A stretch of 64,000 nucleotides of DNA from Vicugna vicugna (taxonomy: Eukaryota), in contig MU061538.1 of NCBI GenBank assembly GCA_013265495.1, positions 1,118,001 to 1,182,000 on the forward strand, given 5' to 3'. The notes under the pieces were generated by a model, which ran no database searches, had not been told where the DNA came from, and worked only from the letters and a program-made list of their open reading frames with translations. The position numbers and the translations under genes are program-made. The stretch's first letter is position 1. Every line of letters starts with the position of its first letter. Positions 13,201 through 23,530 of the stretch are shown here, piece after piece.

Positions 13201-14377
13201 TGTTTCAGTAAGTCATTCTGACATCTGGCACATCTTTTAGCTCAGTGTATGCAAGAATGGAGTTGATAGGGACCCTCCCCTTGGGGCTTCCTAGCTCCTG
13301 ATTGTGACTCTTAATGGAAAAATGAGCAGTAGGCATATTTTTGCTTATACTGTCCTGCTGGTGATTAATGGTAGTGATAAAAGCTCTCACAGTGCTTTTC
13401 GTTACTTTGCAGACAGAACCACGTACAAAAGTTTAAAAACCTCACACAGTACAAGCCACAAGGCCTGTGGCTTTAGGCTTTGTAGTGTTTTAATGGTCTC
13501 AAGAAAGGTAGTGATAACAGTTCACATATTTTGGGCATGTTTACGAACCAGTTGATGCTAAATTAACAAGGGAAGTTCATTTGTTTTATCTGATTATTTA
13601 TAGTCCCATCACTGCTCTTCTCTTTTTTAAAGTTGTTGAAGGTAAAAAATCTGCCGCATTGCCCCGATGAACAGGCTTGCTATGTTTTTCTGTTGGTTTT
13701 GCTAAAGCTTATAAATGTGATACTTAATTGATTTGGAGTTGTGCTGATTTTGTCCCATATAATCACAAAAAGAGAATAAAATTAACAAAGGGGAACACAG
13801 TTGTCCTAGCCTTCTAGTGGATTAAGTCAGAACAATGGTTGTTTCTGACCACATCAGTTATCTTCAATACTTCATAGACGGATATGATCATGCTCTGTAA
13901 TGCTGATGGCTTGCTCTGTGGCGGCCTTTTCTGTAGGTGTACTATTCCTAATGGTCTCTCTTTTATTTAGATTGATAGCTGAAAATGAGCAGATTTCTTT
14001 GCATGAGTGATTTACTGTCTTTCAAAAGAAATGTTGATCCATTTGAAATAAATGTTGAAGAGTTCATGTGCCTTGACTACAGAGGTTTTTTTTTTTGGTT
14101 TAATGTTTCTTATTTGGCTGCTTAAGCATGTAAATGTACATTTTAGACATTTCTTCTTGATACTATTCATATATTTGTAATAGAAGAAGTGCCTTCTTGG
14201 AATTACATAGCTTGCTTCTTTCTAGAAAGACTGTTCACACGTAATTTTTAATCACGTAAGAGATTTATTTGGGGGGCTTAGTTTGTAAGTAAATGTGAAT
14301 GAATATATGGATGTTTAACCTTATTGTCACTTTTAGACAGGATAATACTTAGGGTGCACTTTAAATACTATCTTTTT

Positions 14378-14451
14378 TTTTTAAATTTTTTTATTGATTT
14401 GCAATCATTTTATAATGTTGTGTCAAATTCCAGTGTAGAGCACAATTTTTT
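14378..14451 (-). mobile_element. Extremely 5'-truncated (about 74 bp) retroposon, L1-like 3' terminus, with perfect TSD
   Basis: TACTATCTTTTT at 14366-14377 and 14452-14463; the insert has a T-tract, tttatt (antisense AATAAA) and an L1-like 3' end. Confidence 0.8.
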
Positions 14452-14734
14452 TACTATCTTTTTCTTAATGAGGGAATGTACTTTTTCTTCATGTAAACAT
14501 AAAGGAGTAATTTTTAAATTTAGTTGTAGATTTTCTCTTTTCGACATAGATGCTACTTACAAACACTTAAGAAAGAGCTATATAGCATGTTAAATGAGGC
14601 GGTTGCTTTAACCAAGCTGTTGTTCAAAGAATTTTATATCAAGATTAAATTTAGGGAAATGACCAGAAAGTACTTGAGAGTACAGAGAGTACTTACGTCA
14701 GGTTTTGTTTTTGTCGGAAGCGGACTGTTAGTAG

Positions 14735-14940
14735 TCTGCTCTGACTAGTGTGGTAACTGTTAGCCATATGTGGCTATACAAATTTAAAATAACTGAAGTT
14801 CAGTAAAATTAAAAGATCTGCTCTTCAGTTAGAGTAGCTGTGTTCTAAGTGCCCCGTAAACAGTGATGGCTGTCAGCTGTCTCAGTGGATGGCACGGGAT
14901 GGGGCGTTTCCATCAGCATGGAAATGTGTTGACAGTGCTA
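14735..14940 (-). mobile_element. MER3-like hAT-Charlie non-autonomous DNA transposon
   Basis: tagccatatgtggcta...aaatttaaa...aaaattaaaa...tttccatca...gacagtgcta follows the MER3 internal palindromic layout. Confidence 0.7.
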
Positions 14941-15129
14941 ATCACACATAATTTGTTTTCTCTCCTCTGTATTTATTTTACACACTCTCCAAACAGCAGA
15001 AGAAGAGCAGGGCCCACCTTTAAGGATATACTTGTGTAGCACCTCGGTTGGTTGGAGAGCGGTGCTAATGAGATTGGGGTTTTATTATTTGTTGTTGCAT
15101 TAATGCATCGGTTTCCTAGTTGCAGGCCT

Positions 15130-15800
15130 GTACCTCTGTTAGCGAGGTATGACAGAGTGACGTGATCAGATTTGCATTTTGAGGAGACCACATGCTCACT
15201 GCGATGTGGGTGGCAGGTCAGAAAGGGAGGGGTGTGGATGGAGGACTACTAGCTGGGAGGCTGGGGGTCGCCCAGGCCAAGTGGGCACAGCGGGAGGCAG
15301 TAGATAGGGAAGGGGGTGAACTAGAGTTGTGACGACTCGGGGGAATCGAAAGGGCTTGGTGTTTGACAGGACCAGGGTCCGTGATGGGTGTGTGTGTTTT
15401 GGGGAGCAGGGAAGTGGGTGATGAGAATATTTCCACAGTGTCTGGCAAAACCAACAAAGTGAATAATGGTGCCATTTATTGAGGAGGAACAGGTGTAGGG
15501 GATGAAATAATGAATTAGATTAAAAAAAAATTTTTCCCCTTACCGGAGGCACTGGGGATTGAACCCAGGGCCTTGTGCTTGCCAAGTGCATGCTCCACCG
15601 CTGAGCTATAACCCCCACCCCAAGTTTGATTTTAGCATTCATTTTAAGGTGCCTGTGATATCTAAGGGGGAGATAGCTGTTGGGGAATATGGATCTTGGC
15701 CTCAGTGGCGAGATTTGGACTAAAGATGTAAACTTGAGAGACGCTGGCCACATGAGGAGTCAAGACCATCCAGGGAAGAAGAGAGCAGTCTGCCTGGTGG
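15130..15800 (-). mobile_element. L2 remnant interrupted by a SINE
   Basis: agagtgacgtgatcagatttgcatttt...ggtgccatttattgag...gcctgtgatatctaaggggagatagc are typical antisense L2 motifs. Confidence 0.6.
15531..15621 (-). mobile_element. tRNA-derived SINE (resembles the camelid Vic-1 type)
   Basis: Minus strand reads ggggtgggggttaTAGCTCAGCGGtggagcatgcacttggcaagcacaaggccctGGGTTCAATCCCcagtgcctcc, with Pol III A and B boxes. The family name is from memory. Confidence 0.8.
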
Positions 15801-16829
15801 ACCGTCTTCATCAGAATGGACTGAGTGCCCCTTTGGGCTGGTACTCAGGAACTGACAAGCCCCTGCTAAGTCCATTGCATGCTGACGTTCAAGAAGCACT
15901 GATACAGCCTGCGAAAGGACGGACATCTAAGACTGAGTCATGGGAGAAACGGGACCTTCACAGACTGAGAGAACTGTGAACGGATACAGAGAGACCCAGG
16001 GCTGGGGGAAGGGCACTGCGGGGACCGCAGGCTGCCTGGCTCTGTCTCACTGAGGGAGAGGTCAGGTCGGCGGTCACGGAAGAACTCAGGCATGAGACTG
16101 GGATCAAGGAGAATGGAAAACACGTCCAGGCCTCGGAGGAAATCATCGTCAGCGGAGATCAGTATAAGGATCGCTGCATGGCACTGAAGGCCCGCTTTAG
16201 ATGTAGGAGCAAAACTTCTCGTGGTTTTGTACATTTCTTCAACAGTGCTGAGAATTTGGAGTGAGCGTCCAGTGGCGTTAAGCTGGTTGTGGAAGTTAAA
16301 GGGACCAGGAATACTGGGATATTATTGATATTGAATCATGATTAGAATATTGCAGTTCACCATACGGCTTAGGCAAGTGAAAACAAGACTGACTGGAGGG
16401 CAGAGAGGATAAAGGGAGGAGATAATGACAAGACAGAGCTCGGTTAGAGGCGGAAAGGTCAGAGGAAGCCGGGAAGTTGTGGGCCGAGGGAGCAGCTCAC
16501 AGCGTGAGGTCTCAGAGGTGGGCCTGGGAGACGGTGGATCCTGTCCGTCCCTGTGCGGGAGGATGCAGTAGATTGAAGGTCGGGCTCATTAGGATTTTGT
16601 CTGGAACTCAGGGTGGCAGGAGATACGAGAACTTGTTACGAACTGGGTGCTCGTATCATCAAGAAAGATGGGGTTGTATCTTCTTGGTCTTTATGTGGTA
16701 GGTGGCAAAGATGGGAAGAGTGACAAGCTGATATTAGAAGATGGTATAAAAGTAATTGAGAAACACAAATGATACGTGAATTTCCAAGCCTTGGAGATTC
16801 CAAACACAAAGGCAACGATTTGCACTATT

Positions 16830-17075
16830 ACAGTTACCCTCACTAAGCACCAGACATTGAGCTAAGCGTGTTGCATATATTAACTCATTGGGTCCTTATG
16901 ACAACCCCATGAGGTAGGGGTGTTATTAATAAACTCATTCTACAAAGGAGGAAACTGAGGCACAGTGGTGTTAAGTCATTTGCCCAGAGCTACAAACACC
17001 AGTTGGTCCATGACGGAAACAGGATTTGAACTCAAGCAGTCTGCTCCTAGAGTCGCGGCTCTTAACTAGCTTATT
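16830..17075 (-). mobile_element. MIR SINE, near full length
   Basis: acaaccccatgaggtagg...ggaggaaactgaggcacag...ttgcccagagc...ggatttgaactcaagcagtctg...gctcttaac. Confidence 0.9.
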
Positions 17076-19827
17076 ATACTGTCTGTCTCGTAAACTGAGC
17101 TTGGAGATTTAAAAAAAGCCATTCTTACGGGTGCCAAACTCTTGGATGTTTGTCATTTTAAGAAAAAAATTGAAAATTAAAAGCAACATTAGTTTGTTTT
17201 TATATTGCTTACTTCATACACATCCACCTTAGAAAATTGGGAAAATATAACAAAGCACAAAGTATACAAGAGAAAGAGTTGCCCGTAACCATAGTCCTAG
17301 ATAGCACAGGAGCTGGCTGTGCGGGGCTCGCGGCTCCACTGTCACAAAAAACGCCTTCCTGCTTTTGCTTGGCTGGAGGGTGGTCTCACGCCCTGTCGTA
17401 GCTCTGCCCTGGCACATCTGCTGCCTGCCTACAGCCTGGGTGAGGGGGCTCGCTGCCAGGCCCAGGGGGGCTTCTCCCAGCCCTGAACCCAACCTGTGTG
17501 GGCCTTGCCTTGCTCTTCCCAGAAAGCCGTGTGAGCTTTCCACTCTAGTCGCCCAGAGCTGAGCAGAACGTGTCCCAGAACTTGCATCTGCCAGACCTGC
17601 AGGTGCTGGTTGTAGACACAAGACTCCTGGGTCAGAGACTGAGGGCTCCATCACTCGGCGTGCAAGCGCAGGAGCCTCCGGTTCCTGTCAGCTCCCCAGG
17701 ACCCCAGCCCCTCGGGATCGGTGCGGCCCAGGTGGAAGCTGGCCCAGGGTGGGCTGTGTCGCAGCTGAGGGAGCCCGCGTTCAGGGAGCCCACTTCAGCG
17801 TAATGGGCTGCAAGCAAGCCATGGGGGACCTTGGCTTCCATACCGTGCGGTCTGCAGACCTGCTTCTGCTTCCGAGACACCGTCCCTGTCTTCCAAGGCT
17901 GTTTGCTGCATAGATGTCCTTGAAAAGACAGTCCGGAAGAGGGCTGCCCCTGCCTCCACTGGTGAGGCCACCCGGGGTGGGAGGCCCTGCCTTCCGACGC
18001 GGAGTAGCCGTCTGGAGGAAAAGAAATGTAACTGCCGGGAAACATTGCTTACCAGGAGATCAGAGGAAGTGTGTGACTCCTATTGGTGATCTTGTCCCCA
18101 AATTTATTATCGTTGTAACACTTATTGTTACATTATTATCGTTGCTTCATGTAATAGTTATGACACGTGGTAGCAAAACGCAGGTGTTTGGGACATCAGG
18201 TCTCAGGTGGGTCCCAGCAGCGCTCCTGTTCGTATAATACACGGCACACTGTGTGCTCGCACAACATCGCCCTTCAGACTTTGGCGGTGTCTCAGAGCTC
18301 GAGGGTTCCGATGGGCCGCTTGTGGGCAGGCGGGACTCAGAGGTAGGAAAAGACAAAGCCGTGAGGGTGTCATACACTTGAGAGCCCGCTTTTTCTGTTT
18401 TACTTACAAGCTTTTCAGGTAATATTTAATGTAACTAAAAGATTCTTGCTTAGAAAGGAAAAGAAGGAGAGGAGTCAGTGTTAAGAGGTGGTGGTGTTTC
18501 GCAAAGCCTCCCGGGCAGTGTGAAAGTTGTGAAGTGCGGGCTCAGAGAGTTGCTCGGGGAGGTGGCGCTATGTTTTCAGCCGTGTGCCTCGTGGCTGCTC
18601 CGTCTCACCTGAGCAACGGCTCCTGGGAGATCCACGTGTTAGGTGAGCACCGGCTGTCGTCTCTGGCTTGCCGGCCTCCCTGGCTGTGAGCACGTATGGG
18701 GCACTGACTCTCACTTTTGAGGATACATGTTAACCTGCCAAGGGCTGCCTAGTGGTCAGAAATGGCCACTTCAACCCTGAGTCACCATTTAGGGCTGGGA
18801 CCACTTGGCCGTGGTTTTAGGACAGTGCCTTTCCTATTGAATTTGAGGAACTGGGGTGCTGTGATTTAGTGCAACCCATTTCTTTTGTTCAGAAATTAGA
18901 ATATAATATTTAGGGCAAAATTGAAATAAGTGTATGTTTTAGATTTTTATTTATAACTCATGTCTTTAAACTTTTTAATATGGAAAGAAAGATCACTTGA
19001 TTTATTGGGAAATGTGGATATACTTACAATTTTGTTTGTTGTGTTAGATGTTGTAAATTCTTGCATTACAGTAGAAATTATCGACATGAATCTTTACATT
19101 TAGGTACAGATTCAATCTTCTGGTGACTTTTCAGGAATATGAGAAAGTTTCGTTTTTGTTTTTATTTTTGCCTTGTTCGGTATGTTTCAAGTTGAAGTCT
19201 GGTCTCTAGTTTTGCCCTGAGGGCAGAATTTGTTTTATATTTAAAACAGAATTGTACATAATCTTTCCTCATTGTAGTCGAGCCTCACGGATTTAATGAA
19301 AATTCTATCTAAAGTGGAGAAGGAGCTGATACTTGGTTGATCTGCGCAGTTTCCAATGCTGGGTTACCTGGCGGAGTTCTTGGACCGCGCGCTAAGTGGC
19401 CCCGGCGGGTGCGGGGCGCCGCTCCGCACGGGCTCTGTGCCCTCCCCCGGTGGGGCGGTCCCGCCGCCCTTCGGCCGTGTGCCTTGCTTAGCCTTCTAGT
19501 CCCTTGATTAGAGTCACAGGTGAAAATTCGTTAATCTGCAGTCTTGGTGGACAGTGTTAGGAAAGTAATTAATTGTTTAAAATAGTTCTGCAAGATGTTT
19601 TTATGAAGAATTTTTGGTACTTTCTTCAAAGCTTGATGGTATTTTACATAATTTTGAAAACAAAAGTCAGTCTAAACATTACAAACTGTAAACATTTAGT
19701 GTTTTTTGTCCTGCTAATAAACATAAATTTCCTCCTCTTCCAAAGGATTTTTATGCTTTCATATAGACAGAGACCTAATTGCTCACGAGATGAAATAAAA
19801 CATTAAAATTATGTCTTTATTTTTCAG

Positions 19828-19954
19828 GGAATCCGAGCCCGAATTTTAGAAACCCTGGTCATGCTTATTCTTCTTGCCTTGCTTATTCTTGGGATGGTGT
19901 GGGTGGCCTCTGCCCTCGTCGACAATGACGCTGCCAGTATGGAGTCTTTATATG
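19828..19954 (+). CDS. LMBR1: LMBR1 exon 6 (127 nt): GIRARILETLVMLILLALLILGMVWVASALVDNDAASMESLY
   Basis: ttttcag| acceptor, |gtacca donor; translation matches the LMBR1 protein; phase 0 to phase 1. Confidence 0.97.
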
Positions 19955-20412
19955 GTACCATCACCCTGTTTAAATCAGTTTCTCTAGTGGTGACTCTGGT
20001 ATGGGATATAATTACACATGCACTTTTTAAAACATTTTAATAATGTTTTGTATGGTTATCCTTGTTAATTTACAAAATTAAACAGACTTTAGACATGTTT
20101 AAGAAGAGGTGAATGTTTGTGTGTTTCGTACATGCAGAAAAAGCAGCAGCTTTTCAGACTTTTTTTTCCCTTTGGTTAATTGGTTTCTGTTCTTAAAATT
20201 CCATGGAGGCTGATTTTCTCCCTCCAAACAGGTTTTGCAAAAGGGTTATTTCCTGTTCTTCTAGTTTAGATCTTTTTATTGTACAATTTAGAAATTATAT
20301 GGTTTAGTAGACTCAGGCAATTACGATGTTTACTATACATTAATGTATAGTCAGTCTCTATCTTAATGTACAGTATTTTGGATGTACTAAAATATATTTA
20401 CATTTTTAATAG

Positions 20413-20481
20413 ATCTCTGGGAGTTCTACCTACCTTATTTGTACTCCTGTATATCATTGATGGGGTGTTTGTTACTTCTCT
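20413..20481 (+). CDS. LMBR1: LMBR1 exon 7 (69 nt): (D)LWEFYLPYLYSCISLMGCLLLL
   Basis: taatag| ... |gtgagt; frame continuous with exon 6. Confidence 0.97.
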
Positions 20482-20703
20482 GTGAGTATATTTCTGGCAT
20501 AATATTGATGGCAAAGTAGAGTTGTTCTGTGTTCTAGAAAATTATGGGGAAGCTTTCTGATGAGATTCCTTAATAGCTTGGAGATTTGTTTAAAAGTTGT
20601 CCCCTAGCTTTTTTTTATGTTCAAGGTAAATTTTGGTAAATTGAAACCTTGAAATAATAAGATAGTTTTGTTTATCTCTAAGGAAAGCCTCTTCCACAGA
20701 GTT

Positions 20704-21085
20704 GGAAAGAGAGAGGGGGAGGCGGGATAGAGAGAGAGATGGTCGGGGGAGAGATGGAGAGAGGGAGAGATGGTGAGGGGAGAGATGGTTGGGGGAAAGA
20801 TGGTGGGGGGAGAGATGTGGGGAGAGATGGTGGGGGGAGAGATGGAGAGAGAGATGGTGAGGGGAGAGATGGAGAGAGAGATGGTAAGAGGGAGAGATGG
20901 TGAAGGGGAGAGATGGTGAGGGGAGAGATGGTGAGGGGAGAGATGGTGGGAGGAAAGATGGAGAGAGAGATGGTGAGGGGAGAGATAGAGAGAGAGATGG
21001 TAAGAGGGAGAGATTGTTAAGGGGAGAGATGGTGAGGGGAGAGATGGTGGGAGGAAAGATGGAGAGAGAGAGGCGAGAGAGGCAG
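20704..21085. repeat. Purine-rich minisatellite, unit about 15 nt (GGGGAGAGATGGTGA) with variants, in intron 7
   Basis: Directly visible array; produces the low-complexity ORFs at 20590-21142. Confidence 0.95.
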
Positions 21086-21646
21086 ATATGCATGCATGCA
21101 TGCACACACGCCCACTGTCACAATACTAGCTTCTGCTTTTGAATGGTAATGGTAGAATTCTGTATGTCTTTTTTTTTTCAAAAATTTTTCAGTTTTACTT
21201 GAGGTATCAAAACATATCTCAGATGTTATAAGCAGATAAATGTGGGTAAAAAGATTTGAAATTATAGTTGTCACTTTCAGATATTCTTGTCTGGTACTCA
21301 GTTCAATTAGTACTTGAGATTTAGTCTGTTCTCTATTTGGTTTTCTTTAATTTATTTTAAGTGAAAATACTTATTATTATTCAGCTACTAAAGTCTTGCA
21401 TGTCCCATGCCTCCTTTAGTCTCCATGCATCTTTCCTTAAATACCAGAAAGCCCGTCCTCCGCACACCAGCCCTCTGGCTCCTTTAATGGTGGCGCTGAA
21501 GAGTCCTCTGACAAAACAGGGAGAGACCCTAGATTTGAAACAAGCGTTTTCTTACGGCAGTAGCCTTTGCATTTGCTTTGTTTTTTAAGACCAGTGGTTT
21601 GTCTGACTCTGAAGTAAGTGTCTCTGTTGGTGATCTCATTCTGCAG

Positions 21647-21711
21647 TGTGCACTCCAGTTGGCCTCTCCCGCATGTTCACAGTAATGGGGCAGCTCTTGG
21701 TGAAGCCAGCA
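21647..21711 (+). CDS. LMBR1: LMBR1 exon 8 (65 nt): (L)CTPVGLSRMFTVMGQLLVKPA
   Basis: ctgcag| ... |gtaagt; frame continuous. Confidence 0.97.
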
Positions 21712-23279
21712 GTAAGTATGTCGTGGCACATCACTTTGTTTGTTACATAAACATTTTTACATATGAACATCTGTTAGGTTCTCAACTGACATTCAGAAGC
21801 AGAAGAATTTTGTGTGTTTATGATCCAAATGGTTAGTGTTTTTATTTTCATCTTTTTCATCTTTGGAAACCAAATTTGTTTTTGCTCTTAAAATGCTAAC
21901 TATAGGCATTCAAGTAAAAATTCTTCTAGCAAATTTTAAGACAAAATTTACAGAAATTTACAGTATTTTAGGCATCCACCATTATATATCAAATAGTAAC
22001 TTTATTATGTTTCAGGGTTTACCATACATATTCTTTGACTTACAAAGCAGTTATTTTTCTGAAAATTCATCTGTATCTTACATCTTGATTAATTGAATTT
22101 TACCTTTCTCTTTAATCTCAGAAATATTGTATATTAATTTTAAAATAATTTTCACTTGGTAGTAGTTTTGATGATTTGTCCGTAAGTTACTTTGGCCTCT
22201 AGTTATTTTGTCAAATATTTAGTGATATGAAAATAATTCTTACCTGTATCTGGGGAATTTGTCACATTATGTTTATGGAACCTCATTGCCTAGAAACTCA
22301 TGTCTAAACTGTTCACGTGTTATAAGGCCTCTCACAACCTGTCCCACACTGAATTTACCCCTCCTCCCCTCCCCGTTGACTCTGATTCCAGTCAGCCCCA
22401 CTACTGACTTGCTGTGCTCAGAGACAGCTGGCTGCACTCCTTACCCAGGCACGTCCAGCGTCTGTCTCTCGCCAGTGCTTCTTACCCGCTTCAGCCACCT
22501 GACAGCCTCCCGAAGGCCCGGCTCTGCTATCAGCTGCGTTCACTACCTGTCTGTGAACCTTGCCTCATTTCTCCTTTAAGCTAAAATAATTAAGCTCCTT
22601 TCTCTGCATTTCTCATATTCCCCCTTGTTGGTCTGCCACTGGTGGTGCTTATTAAGTTGTTATGATTACATGTTGGTCTTCCCTATCAGGGAGATTCATC
22701 AAGGGGAAAAACTAAGACGTTTCATAGTAGGCATTCTTTTAGTAAATGCTTGCTAAATTTTGAAAGTTTTAAAAAATATTTTCTTTTTAAATTAAATGGA
22801 TGTTTTATCTGCTGTATAAATATGAACACACTCAAATGTAATACACACATTGCTATTAAATCTTGAAATTTACTCCCCTCTTAAAGAGGTTTTGTGGCAC
22901 TGTATTCATTTAATTTCTTCTTAATCCTCTGGATTTTTTGTTTGTTAGTTTGTCTCTGTGTTTCCATTTTCTGCCCCTTAAAATAGGCAAATGTTTACAG
23001 TTCTGTCCTTGGTCTAAAGTTGCTCTGCTCTGTCTTCCTGACCACCTCTGCTACTTGCACATCACTTCTAAATGTCTAATGCTAGAGAGAAGAAGACAGT
23101 GAAAACAAACGACAGTGTACTTTAAGTGCTGTAATTCCCCGAGGAACTGAAAACTCAACATGCATAAAGCCAAATGACTTCTTTCTCTCCCTCCCCAGGC
23201 TTTCCTCCCAAACTTATCTATTATTAACAAGATCTTTAAGACTTGGTTATCTTTGCCTCTTTTCTTGTTCCTAACATCT

Positions 23280-23530
23280 AATAATAATGGTTATTTATTC
23301 AGTAATTGAGTGTATGCTGTATGCTTGTGCTAAGTACTTTATTTACATGTATAATTTTATTGAATCCTGATGACAAACCCATAAGTTAGGTGATGGTGTT
23401 CTTATTTATGGTTGAATTGTCTGCGATTCAGGGAGCTCATGTAACTTGTCCAGGATCACAGACATGAGAGGATGAGGCCGGGTTTGAACCCAGAGGCTAT
23501 TTTCAGAGCCTGGGCTCTGGACCACAGTGT
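23280..23530 (-). mobile_element. MIR SINE
   Basis: tgtgctaagtacttt...aatcctgatgacaaaccc...gtaacttgtccaggatcacag...gggtttgaacccag. Confidence 0.8.

Noticed and set aside
15531..15621. Functional tRNA gene
   Set aside because: A and B boxes are present but the acceptor stem does not pair and the G-rich head is SINE-like
20590..21142. 171-, 167- and 81-aa Ser/Pro/Leu/His- or Gly/Arg/Glu-rich ORFs, or a CRISPR-like array
   Set aside because: Translation artefacts of a minisatellite; no unique spacers, and the context is a eukaryotic intron
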